Shown piece by piece: positions 51,469 to 63,331 of a DNA stretch of 64,000 nt. Origin of the DNA: Nemertoderma westbladi. Its lineage: Eukaryota; Animalia; Xenacoelomorpha. The first letter of the stretch is position 1. Every line of letters begins with the position of its first letter. The translations under genes and the position numbers were made by a program. The stretch is taken from NCBI GenBank assembly GCA_032718475.1, contig JAUCBJ010003593.1:1-64000 (forward strand). The letters run 5' to 3'. Below the pieces are notes generated by a model, which did no database searches, was not told the origin of the DNA, and saw only the letters and a program-made list of their open reading frames with translations.

Positions 51469-53097
51469 ATCTCCATATAACTCACTACTGGATGAACATC
51501 TTAATCTATACTACTGCTGGTTGAACACCTCCAGCTACACTCACTATCGGTTGAACATCTCCAGCTACACACACTACTGGTTGAACATCTCCAGCTAAAC
51601 TTACTACTTGATGATATATACAGTACTATAAAGAAACTTGTAAATGGATCCAAACCCCCCCCCCCCCCCCCCCCCAGATTATTGCCAAAGGATAAAATAA
51701 GCTTTGCAATCGTTCCAGCTATTAAAATATACTGTGAGGTGTTGACTATGACTAATACCGTAGGCCTACTTCAAAACCCCCTCAATTATTTCAAGGCCAA
51801 TTCCTATCATATGGGGCATTTCGGGGGTTTTGTCAGAACGAATCATAAAAAGTTTAATTTAACTAATGAGAAACCCCTAATATCTAATTTAAGGGGTTTT
51901 ATCAGAAATCAAATCCCATATTGAAGGTGCTTAAACAGAGTTTTTTTCTACTTAGGGGGATTTAACAGATCAAGCGATTTTTTGACGGGATCTTATCTTG
52001 CGTTTTTCTCGGTTATTAACGCTGTTTTAACTTCTGGGGTTTTGTCAGAAGGTGGATATCAATCTAAGGTACCACCGGAATCACCAAAAACCTGAAAATG
52101 GCTAAAAATCTACTTAAGGGATTTACCAAATTACCCACGATATTCCAAGATATTTTATGTGATCTGTTTGTTTACTATGATTTTGGAATTATTTGAAAGG
52201 TCTAGGGGGTAATTGAATCAATTTCGGGTGTTCGGGATGTGGGTGATAGCAACATAAATTATGTTTTTTTTAATGAAAGATGCACCGATGTGAAGATATT
52301 TTCTAGTTGATTTATGTGTTGTAATGTAAAATTTACAGATTGTTGGCTATTTTTATGTGTGCAGCAGTAGATTAGTGTGTCATCGGGGAACTGTATTATT
52401 TTTAGATTAGTTGCAGATACTAACGAATTTACATACAGGAGGAAGATAATTGGCCCTAGAAGCGTCGTACCCTGTGGTATCCCGTGTGATATTTGTTCCT
52501 GTGGTCTGTGGAGGAGATTGACTCTTTGGTATCGGGGTTAAAGAAAACTGCTTATCATATATACTAACTGCAGTATTGTGAAAGTTGAATTCTAATAACT
52601 TATTTAACAGAATAGAATGGTTCAGTGAATTAGATGTGCACCTATTGCTACATTATCACCCTTATTGAGACTACTACGCCACGTATTGGTAGCATATTAT
52701 AGCGTACTTAGTGGAGTACGACTTATGAAATCCAAATTGTGTATTATTTAACAGATTGTATTTATTTAGATATTGTATTATTTGAATGTAAAGTACTTTT
52801 TCGAATATTTTGTCAAAAGTGGATGTCTATAGATCTATAATTTTCTGGATCATCGATTTCCCCCTTTTTGTACACCGGTGTAATTTCGGCAACTAAAATC
52901 TACATTTTTGGGTATATTGATTTTTGCATAATTTTGAATATTGGTTTTAACATTTGAGATACCAGAAAATTCACCCATAGCTATATAAGTTGAGTTGAAA
53001 AGATTTGCAATTCCAATTTTATCGCCTATGAATTTTTTATTTTTATCATGTTTGTCAGCCAGTTCGGTGATTTTCCGCATTTTTATTTAAGATACTA

Positions 53098-56000
53098 ACC
53101 CTAACTGCAATATAATATATATAATAACAATATATAAAACCCTAACTGCAACCAATAATTATTTGTGTGCTCCATCTCTATTGTTTTGATCAATTTTGTC
53201 AGCTTATTTATGTAATTATTTTGATTAAGTCTGTTGTAAAAACATGTTGTAAACAGTAACTTGTATTGTTTTTGTATGGTTAATTTATTTACAAATCACC
53301 ATTGTCAGCCCCCCCCCCCCCCCCCCCCCACCTAGTCAATCATGGAAATTCCCTGCATTAGTCACTGATAGTGTGCTTCTAGCAGACCCACTAGCCTGCC
53401 TCTCTCGAGGCACGATATAGAATCGTTAAATGGGCTAAACTGGCCATGCAAGAGTTTTTAACTCTCATTTCGTCGACATCTTTCCAGAAGGCGGCTTTAA
53501 GAACATACAGAGTCTGAGCAAGGGCGCTTCAGTGCCAGTTTTTGATAACGATTTAATATTTTTCCCCATTAATGTAAACAATTGCCACTGGACCCTTGCT
53601 GTTTACTCACCTTTAAAGTCAGCAATTTGGTTTTTCGACTCACTGGGGGGCTCTAACCAGACAGTTGCTGATTCTATCAAAGAATGGGTGCACCTTGTTG
53701 CCATTCATTTCAATGTGGACTTCCCCCCAATTACCGTTTATCCCTCCATTCAAAAGGTGCAATTCAACACCTATCAATGTGGGGTATATATCTGTAGGTA
53801 TGCAAAATGGTGTATTGAAGGTTGCTCACGATCGGATTTTGTGGATATCAATGATATTACCATTTCCAAGCATCGTAGTGATCTGTATTCTGATATTTCC
53901 AGAAATACCCTCTAGTTAGGTCAGCCAATCAACAGAAGGCCTCGACACCTACACCACCTCCAATTGGAGATCCCACCCAGTTTCCGAATTCTCACCCACC
54001 CGTGCTTAACCATACACAATCAATCTCACCACTAGAGCCGAAACAACCTCCAATCCAATCAGCCCAATCCCCCAGGATAACAATCAAATTGGAGACCCCA
54101 CTCAGGTTCCGAATTCTCATCCACCCTTACTTACCCACACTCAATCAATCTCACCGATACAGCCGGAACAGCTGTCCACCTGCTCTAAATTATGCTGTGT
54201 CAACCCCAAGGGAGGGCTGCTCAAACACAGATCCAATGAAGGCACCACTTGTCCTGGGTCAGGTTCCATCATTACATTTCCAGCCACCGGTGCCCCCGCT
54301 CCTGCTGAAGCTGAAATTCCACCCAACATACACTCTAATCAGCCAGCCATGTCTCAAGGGTCACCCAGACCACTGTCCCAACCGTTTATCAATGACACTC
54401 CGTCCCCTGCTCCTGTGGTTGCCAGCCAGAGCGCCATTACAGATTCACTTAGCAGTGCATTTGAAACCCTCACTAGGATCAGAATCCTGACTCGTATCCC
54501 CAGGGGTGTAAGACTAAAAGCAGCCACACTTTACAGTAGTCTCTGTGAAGCCATCGCCCTCAACAACAGTCAGACAAACTGGTTAAACCTGCTAGCTAGC
54601 CTTTCCATTCTCTCTCCGAGTACCCTCCCAGGGATCAAGGTCCAGACGTGACCGGAGGGCTATCGGTCAGGCCTGCAAATCACTCACAGCCAAGGTAAAG
54701 CACCAACTGTTGGAATTTGAAGAGATGGTCAAGAACACCAAAGGATTACTAGTACTGCCTACGACTAGTCCTCCATCCTGTCTGAAGCCCAAGACTCAAC
54801 AATCCTCGGATGACATGCTAGGGAAATTAATAGCCTCTAAGATAGAAGAAGGAAATGTGAAAGCAGCTGCACGACTAGCATCCTCATCAGCCACTATAGC
54901 CCCAGCCACCCCAGAGACCCTTGAAGCCCTCCGACTCCTTCACCCTACACGCCCAGCAGATGACCTTCACGGAGTACCGTCATTAGAGGAAGCTGATGTC
55001 CCGACCCTCGAGCTTTCTTACCCAGAGGTTCTAAAATCAATCAAGCTATTCCCCAATGGCTCGGCCCCAGGTCCCGACAACTGCCGTCCTCAGTTCCTCA
55101 AGGACATGATCTCATCATCAGCTGGGGATGCTGCTCTGGCTTCCCTATAGGGTATGACATCGGTAGCTAATATCATGCTTAAGGGGGGAGTGCCCCAGGA
55201 AGTTCTCCCTTACCTCTATGGGGCCAGGCTTTGTGCTTTCACTAAACCAGCAGGTGGAGTTCGCCCCATAGCCGTGGGGTGCACTCTGCATCGACTTACT
55301 GCCAAAACAGGCTGCCATTCAGCGGCAAAGCATTCTGGTTTAAAGCTTGCTCCCCATCAGCTAGGGTTCGGGACCTCCCAGGGTGCAGAAGCAGCAGTAC
55401 ATGCAGCCAGGCGTTTCCTCAGTGAGTCAATAGAGAGAGAGACAGTCATGATCAAAATTGAATTCTCAAATGCCTTCAATATACTCACCGTGGACCAGCC
55501 TTGAGGGCAGTGCTAAAGAACCTCCCACCACTACACAACCTGGCATATCAGTCATATTCGCAACCATCTCTCCTATTCTACAATGGGACAACAATTGCCT
55601 CTGACGATGGTATGCAACAGGGAGACCCACTAGCCTCTCTGTTCTTCAGCAACGGCACAATCGAACTTGTCGATAGCATGGAATCTCCCCTCAAAGTGTG
55701 GTTCCTGGATGACGGTTCCTTGGGTGGATCACCATCTGTTGTTGCTTCTGACCTGAAGAGGGCCATAGCCGAGGCAGCAAAGCAGGGCTTATGGTCAAGG
55801 CATCCAAGTGTGAGTTAATCTTTGGCAAGCACTTTCCCTTAGAACTGAAAGAAGAGACAACAGCTCTGTTTGATGCGATCACACCAGGCATTAAATCAAT
55901 CGATTTTTCTGATGCGCTGTTGCTTGGATCACCCCTAGGAGAATCAGCCATGGAGAAGATCCTTGAAGAGAAGGAATCAGACCTCTCTAGGTTCGCCAAA

Positions 56001-57394
56001 CACCTCCACCTTCTATCGGCGCATGAAGCCCTATACCTACTCAGACATTGCTTTGCCATTCCGAAGTTGATGTACGTGCTGCGGTGTTCACCCGCCTTTG
56101 GATCGCCTCGATTGAAGTCTCTAGATGATAAGATTCGGCAGTGCTGCCAAATTGTGCTCAACACTAGGATTGGGGGCGTTGCTTGGGCCCAGGCTTCCCT
56201 TCCAATATATTTGGGCGGACTGGGGGTTAGAAGCACATGCGACGTAGCTTTACCAGCCTTCCTGGCTTCCAGCCATGGGTGCATCCCACTGCTTAACACC
56301 CTTCTACCCAGTTCCATCTCCAGCATCCACAACCCACTCATAATAGCTGCGAAGCAACTACTACCTACCGATTTTCCTGTACCAATCAATCAAGCCATTC
56401 AGAAAGGTTGGGATGCTCCGCTGTGCTCATCACCACAGGATGAACTGATCACCAAAGCCTCATCAGCAAAAGAGAAGGCTCGTCTCCTAGCCACACTGGG
56501 GACTGGCTAAGGGCCCTGCTGGTATCATCCCTAGGCCTTCGCCTCAGTGATGAGCAGCTCCTGTTGGGAGCAGCTCTCCGCTTGGGTACACCTATTTGCG
56601 AGGAGCACTTCTGCAGGGGTTGCCGGTCGGAAGTCGACACGAGTGGAAGTCATGGCCTCAGCTGCTTACACAATTATGGGAAACACACCCGTCATGCAGA
56701 GGCCAATGACATCATTCACCGTGCCCTTTCATCAGCCGGCATTACCTCCACCCTGGAGCCTCGAGGACTTTCACAAGATGGCAAGAAACCAGATGGTTTG
56801 ACCTTTTCCCCTTGGTCCTCAGGCCACCCACTCGTTTGGGACTTTACTTGCAGGGACACTCTCGGTCCTTCCTACCTACCCGAGACAAGTAAATCTGCAG
56901 GTGCAGCCGCTTTAATGGCAGAGACCAGTAAAGGAAATAAGTATGCTGTGCTCCAGCACCACCACTTATTCCACACTATTGCATTAGAGACCTTAGGCTC
57001 AATCGGCGCAGAAGGCACCGCAGTACTGTGGGAGATAGGGCGGAGAATCACCAAGGAAACAGGTGAACCTAGGTCCACGGAATTCCTCTTCCAGCGGCTC
57101 TCAATTGCAGTGGTCAGAGGAAATGGGACATCTGTCCTAGGTACCACCCCTCACCAGGTGGGCCTTGATGAGCTATTCCTACTCTGAATCCATGACCCCC
57201 CCCCCCCCCCCCGCGCCCCCCCCACTCCATTAAGATTTGTTTAGCTTCAGTTTTTGTTGTATACGTACGATACAGAAAACTAAACATTAATTTCTGTTAG
57301 GATTTCACTCCAGCAATGTGTATTATATATTATGTATTATGTACTTTGTGTTACGTATCATGTATTATGTAAAATAATAAAAGAACAATTCATT

Positions 57395-57425
<31 letters not shown>
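53098..57425 (+). mobile_element. Apparently full-length (4.3 kb) CRE-clade non-LTR retrotransposon: Ulp1-like protease, RT, REL endonuclease, poly(A); inactivated
   Basis: RIPRGVR; GARLCAFTKPAGGVRPIAVG; QLGFG..GAEAAVHAAR; GMQQGDPL; FLDDG; HGLSC...RH...KPDG...WDFTC. Poly(A) at 57400-57425. Boundaries are fixed by the empty paralogous site at 41410-41430. Confidence 0.9.
53402..53915 (+). pseudogene. Ulp1/SENP (peptidase C48) domain inside the retrotransposon
   Basis: LSRHDIESLNGLNW / VFNSHF ... LIFFPINVNNCHWTLAVY ... FFDSLG ... QFNTYQCGVYIC. The His-Asp-Gln-Cys catalytic motifs are in the expected order; the frame is disrupted upstream and a stop follows. Confidence 0.85.
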
Positions 57426-57973
57426 TTTATGATTTCCCATTTATCTCAGTGGCGATCTGGCTCCATTACATTTGTTTTTAGTGTACAAGTTTTTTTACCT
57501 GTCTGTTGAGAGAATTAAACCTATTTCGACTGGACTTAAATTTGGAGAAATTTTCATTTGTTTTGTTGTTGCGCCATTCTAAATAATTGTTTTTTTAACG
57601 TTATTTAAGTTTTGCAATTTATCGTTCCACCAGGGAGGCTGCAATATTTTTTAGAATTTTTAGATGGATATGTTAATTTTCGACATGTCGGTGCATGCTT
57701 AATTAGGACCTTTTCAATTTCGTTTTCGAAAATCATAGGATATAATATTAATCAACCATTCTTTCTTAAAACGTTTACTAGAACATATCTATTACTTGAA
57801 CTAAATGCTCGAAGCCAAACAATATCAAGCAGTTCTATTAAAGACACAAAACAGAGTATCTCATGTTTCCTCAAAACTAGAATGTCAAGCTAAAAATTTA
57901 ACCTGTAATAAGTTTCTTGATATGTCGCAGAAATGGCAGATATCCTTTACTTTAAGTAAATTATATAACTTAC

Positions 57974-58130
57974 AGATCTCATAGCATCCAATAGAGTTTA
58001 CATTGAATTTCTTCCCATGTTGTGGATCGAACATAACCACTGTAATTTTTATACCAACAACATCATCTATAACTTCATGTAGTTGGACTTCGACAGTGTC
58101 CATACCAGGAGGAGGGTCTACAGTGTAAAC
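57974..58130 (-). CDS. Exon (duplicate copy A): C-terminal third of the discoidin-like domain
   Basis: tttag|VYTVDPPPGMDTVEVQLHEVIDDVVGIKITVVMFDPQHGKKFNVNSIGCYEI|gtaagt; phase 0/1. Confidence 0.85.
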
Positions 58131-58346
58131 CTAAACAATATATACCGAATGTATCAGGCTGGTTCTTGTCATAGTTTACTGTGCATGCATTGCGATTTAC
58201 ACACGTGGAAGCGAGTTTGCGACTATAAAAAATGTATATCTCACAGCGGTTTTTTTTATTTCTAAATAATATAATATTGTACCTTTAATGCCACTAATGT
58301 GATCTACCTGACAATATGTAACTATAATAACTATGTTGATACATAC

Positions 58347-58512
58347 CTTTACAGACTGAAGGTAAGACTCGGGATTTTGTGGGTCATCTTGATGAATAAT
58401 GTGTGTGGGGGGACTATCTGAGCTCAACTCGAATAATCCTTCAGACTCAACAGTCTGTACAGCAATGGTCACTTTCAGTTCTTGTTCTCTGTCATCCAGT
58501 TTAAAGTAAAAT
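58347..58512 (-). CDS. Exon (duplicate copy A): middle of the discoidin-like domain
   Basis: Same peptide as 42383-42548; aacag|...|gtatgt; phase 2/0. Confidence 0.83.
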
Positions 58513-58664
58513 CTGTTTTGGGAAAGAAAATATTTCCTCTCAATATAAACTAAAATGATTGTTGTGAAAATGTAATTTGGCTCTGTCAATGATATCTTAA
58601 TGCTATTACTGGAATTAAAATAAGTAAGGATTATAAAACATTGGTGATTTAGTCACATTAGTGA

Positions 58665-60187
58665 TTGGTGATATGTCACAAGGGATCAATGAGATGTCAT
58701 ATACATACCTATCTTTCCGCCAGGAAAGACCAGATTGACCATGTTAATGCCGCCCAAGTGCAGTCTAGCTATCAGGTGGGAATAAACTCAAACGCTATTA
58801 ATACGTTGCTCCGCCGTGCAGTGACATCCCAGCTACGTGAGGCGCCAAGGAATCTAATACTACAAGGTATACCTGAAACCCCACACGAGTCAGTAGAGAA
58901 TGCGGTTATGAAGTTTTTTTGCACAGCTACTTTCAATAACAGTAGAGGAAGCAAATATCTCCTTGGGAATCGAGATAACCATACGTTTGGGTCGTTTTAA
59001 TTCACTACGTGGTCATCCTATAAAGGTCGTTTTTCTACGTTTACGCAGCCGGGACCGGGTATGGATCACCCAGTCCCGGCTATCGATCACTATTACTGGA
59101 TGGTATCTGCCAACCAGGTCTGATCTGCCAACCAGGTCTGATCTGTCGACCAGGTATGCACCACCGATCAGATTTGTGCTACCAGTGAGGTCTGAGTTGC
59201 CGACCACATCGATTGATCCACTAGTGGTGATCCACCAACCCAGGCGATGTATAGGAGTAATACATCCGCATCTCCATGGAGTGTGGTGGCTGTCTCACAC
59301 CTATCTCAGCCAGTGTCTAACTCTAGTGATCCTCCAGTACCACCTGGACCTACTATTGCTGTCATTAGCGACACTTGATAACATAGATGACAAGGTGATA
59401 GATACTGATAAAGCAGATGTCACACTATGGGTTGGTAGTATGAATGGCGAGTGGTGCATGGTTAAAAGGGGAAAACGTAGTTATCTTTCCCGCAATAGTA
59501 TTGGTAACACACACACTATCACTAAGTTTAGAAGTGGATCTGGGTTAGTATATAACCAGTATGATCCACTGAGAATTCGGGATGCATCCCCATCACTACA
59601 TATTGTTTTTAACCCTGTTTTATGTCAGTTGATGGGGAACCTGCACCCAGTACAGAAATATTGTCCTGCAATCTGGATGTAACTGGAGTTAGCTGTGAGG
59701 TTACTGCTAATAATAATAATATAGGAACGGGTGCTACTGAGATTTCTAAAGGTAAACTGTATAAGGTAAACTGTAATAATGTTGTATCGGGTGGTAAAGC
59801 AAACCCGTTGGTGATAATTGTTGAGGAATTACACAATTCTGCAAATGAGCTCAGTCGATCAGATTTGTGTAGGAATGCTGTAAGGACCAATGCTTCTATG
59901 GCAAGAGTTTTAGCTGGAAATAAAGTCAGTTAAAAGTAGTTAATACACATGGTAAACGATTGGTGCAGTTATGTAAGGCGACTGGTATTTGTATTTTTAA
60001 TGGTAGAGTTGGCAACGATAAGGGGCTAGGGGCCTGTACTTATTTTTGCAAAACGCATCCAGAAAGAGTGCGTAGGTCTATAATTGATTATTGCATAGGC
60101 CGGCTACCATTGATAGTGCAGTGTACTGAGTTTACATTTGTTCCCCCAAATGCTTTTACAAAACATCCAGTCATAGCGGTGTCGTAG
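58665..60187 (+). mobile_element. Paralogous 5' part of the RTEX/Daphne-like LINE (ORF1 plus end of the AP endonuclease); RT lost
   Basis: Matches 42701-43809, then continues NTHGKRLVQLCKATGICIFNGRVGND...SIIDYCI, which resembles an APE C-terminus. Confidence 0.8.
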
Positions 60188-60803
60188 CCATCTATCATGG
60201 ATAGTGTGTCCAACATATCTCCCCTTACCAGAGGGACAGGAGAAAGAATAAACGACTTTATATGTTTGTATGTATCAGCATTCAGCCCCATCACACTTTG
60301 CATGTTCTTCTCCTTTGGGAACTTCACTCTACTGTCGTCCTGCTAGCTTGAGCATCCTGAGAAAGCCCGCTGTATTGGGGCAAAACCTACCGATCAGCTG
60401 TCTGCAGTCAGCTGATCACTGATTACATGCATGTCTGGGTCTCCAGTTGATTTTTATTTACTTGTTGTACATACCTACCGGTACGGTTTTTTACTCTTAG
60501 TAGCTTGACGTGAAATATAAATAAAATATAATCAACTTTTCAAACTTTCCTTACTACTGACTGTATAGTACAGTATATAAAACGGAAGTACTATACACCT
60601 ATAATAGCTTCAAAATAGTTTGCAAACTTTTTCTGGTATTACAAATCGCTGATTTGCAAACAACAATAACGAATATTATGGAATATTTTTTAGTACCTGA
60701 GTACACACAGTATTATACTAGAGAGGCAGCACATCTGTAAGACATTTCATTGCGATGCTCACATTGACAACACAATGCTTCCAATGGTTGTTATTTCATA
60801 TAT

Positions 60804-60940
60804 CAAAAGCAAACAGTCGGCCGAAGCCGGAGGCGACCCGAAGGCTCCTCTTCCGATAGCTGCTACCCGAGGGTAGGGGTGGGCGCTACTCCTCTCCCAA
60901 GATTTGCTCCCAGTTATTTAACTGGTACTCTTCATATATA
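60804..60940 (-). mobile_element. 137-bp GC-rich structured retroposon/SINE fragment with 12-bp TSD
   Basis: TSD TATTTCATATAT at 60792-60803 and 60941-60952. Absent in the paralog at ~47085-47096. Multiple hairpins. Confidence 0.75.
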
Positions 60941-60998
60941 TATTTCATATATAAGCTAATAATTGTTTATCTTTTATTAATTACAAAAGTTTATTTAC

Positions 60999-61155
60999 CT
61001 GGAGAGGAAACTAGCTGTATCTAGAGTAATAAATATTGAGGTCATATCCCCATTGGGTTCAAAACCCGATCCGTCCAATGAGGCATCTTCTATTGGGGCC
61101 CCATTGGAATGATAGGCTGCCACAGGCAACGTCTCCTCAGAATAGTCACAATAGT
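60999..61155 (-). CDS. Exon (duplicate copy A): N-terminal third of the discoidin-like domain
   Basis: tttag|(D)YCDYSEETLPVAAYHSNGAPIEDASLDGSGFEPNGDMTSIFITLDTASFLS(R)|gtaaat; phase 1/2. Confidence 0.83.
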
Positions 61156-61767
61156 CTAAATGTAAAAATAATAAGTTCTGAAGATAATTAGAAGTAAAGA
61201 CTACTGTGATTGTTATAAGGAGTGATGTAGGTGAGTTTGCATCGCAACAGAGGTTAATGGGTCAAATTTAATATTATTTATATTAATTTATTTAGTAATA
61301 TTAGTAATATTTAGTAATATTTAATAATATTTATTTATTATCAATTACATTTAAATTACTATAAATAATTTAAAGGTCACTCGTTTCAGAATGCTGGAGT
61401 GTATACCTGTGAAATCACCATGCACTCAAGATTGGTTGCATGAGTTAGTTATTGACGAATCACGAATGGTAGAGGAGCCCCGAAAATATCACTGGGTAAC
61501 TGCAAAATGAGACCTACACTCCCATTGTATTACAAACAAATCAGGTGAACAGGTCGTTGCATTGTTATTGCGACACATGCGATTGGGTGGGGGAATATAC
61601 TAAGATGCGCAAATCCACAACATGCTACTGTTTCCATTTGGGTAAACAGAGTGGTCTTGTTAGATGGAATACTAAACGGCAGCAAACTGTTGCACTTTCT
61701 AGTAGTGGAGGCTAACTACATGGCTATCAGTGGTGTGGGACAGGAATCATTGTAGCTATGAACTCTA

Positions 61768-62583
61768 CCGGGTGTTCCATAATGATTTCCCCCCCTGGCC
61801 AGCAAAAACTGCCAGACATGCACCTTAGTGTAATATATCATTCGATAGAGAATTTCATTCTGAGCTTGCATGCAAATATTTAGGGTCCAATAAAAAAGTA
61901 AGTATAACAATTTTATAGGCTATTCTTTAAAACAATCTTATTTTTCATTATTTTAATTTAATCACAATTAAAAACATATAATTTATCCAGCGTTAGTCAT
62001 CAGCTTTACAGCCATGCTTCCCTTTGCGGCACGGGGAGCTCCTCGATAGTGGCAAGGGATGTTAGCCCTTAAAAGGGCCGTTTTGTTTTGAGTTCAGTTT
62101 TGATTATGCCACAGAATCACGACCCTCTCTAAAAGTAACATCTCTGATCCTGTCAACCATACGTTTTTCTTCAGAGTCATTGAAGATTGCACATGAACTT
62201 GTCATTTTAATGACTTCTGTTAGGCCTAATTCAGTAAAATTAATAAAGAAGCACTAATACCGGTAACTGAATACTGTAATATATTGCAATACAGCAAAAG
62301 TTAGGCAGTAATAACTGTTTAAACAGGGCTGCAACCTGCAAAGCTGATGCCTAACGCTGGATAAATTATATTTCTTAAAATTGCGATTAAATCAAAAATA
62401 TTGAAAAGTAAGTAAGATAGGTTTAAAGAATTGCCTATAAAATTTTTATACTTTTGTATTGGACCCTAAATTTTTGCATTCAAGCTCAGAATTAAATTAT
62501 CTTTCAAATGATATATTACACTAAAGTACATGTCTGGCAGTTTTGGCTGGCCAGGGGGTGGGCAATTATTATGGAACTCCCGG
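61768..62583. mobile_element. Non-autonomous Tc1/mariner-type DNA transposon (MITE), 816 bp, ~240-bp imperfect TIRs, TA TSD
   Basis: TA|CCGGGTGTTCCATAAT...ATTATGGAACTCCCGG|TA. Empty site GAACTC-TA-CTTTCTGAC at ~47807-47823. Confidence 0.92.
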
Positions 62584-62735
62584 TACTTTCTGACCTGGGA
62601 TATATGCAACGATCACCTACTGGATTGTTAGTCGATAATCAAGGTGCTATCAGGATGGTGGGTAATCCTATATTACACAAGCTCATGTGTTAGTAAACCT
62701 AGTTGTTTCATATATTATTATTAATGTTAATTTAC

Positions 62736-62890
62736 CGCATTCAGTTGGTTCATCAATACAGTTCTCGCATTGGCAGACTCCATCGCATTCTGGTGCGCAA
62801 GTACCATCGCCACATGGAACCTCTCCTGGCACACAAGTTGGTGCTTCCGTAGTGATGCAATCTGGTTCTATGAAGTTCTCACAATCACAA
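62736..62890 (-). CDS. Exon: LDLa-like repeats
   Basis: tgcag|(S)CDCENFIEPDCITTEAPTCVPGEVPCGDGTCAPECDGVCQCENCIDEPTEC|gtaaat; phase 2/1. Confidence 0.88.
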
Positions 62891-63179
62891 CTGCAAAGGT
62901 TATTATTAATTATAATTATATAATATATTATAATATTAACAATAAATATGGGGCTTTTGTAGTCATTTTTCAAATTTCCATTTTGGGAATGTGAAAGAAA
63001 AATTATAATTGTGTAGGACAATAGTTGAAGGTTACATTGTTTAAAAAACTGTTGCAAAGGGCGAAATAATATGATGCATTAACTGACTATGTATTGGTGA
63101 CTATATGTCACCTATATACTATATATTTCCTATATGTATTGGTGACTATAAAATTTCCTAATTTCCACACTAAATGTAC

Positions 63180-63331
63180 CTTTTTGCTCCGGTACAGATA
63201 TCGTCCACTGCAATGCACTCGCAAACATCTTCGCATTGACAAATAACTTCATCTTCAGGTAGGCAAGTTGTGCAGCATTCTTCTGGACTCTCATCCGATC
63301 CATCCCCACAATCATCGTGTCCATCGCAAAC
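63180..63331 (-). CDS. Exon: LDLa repeats
   Basis: tgtag|VCDGHDDCGDGSDESPEECCTTCLPEDEVICQCEDVCECIAVDDICTGAK|gtacat. Canonical CDGxxDCxDGSDE; phase 0/2. Confidence 0.9.

Noticed and set aside
58140-58222. Possible extra mini-exon (tatag|TCGCAAACTC...; paralog at 42180-42258)
   Set aside because: The required phase 0 has a stop, and the neighbouring exons join in frame without it.
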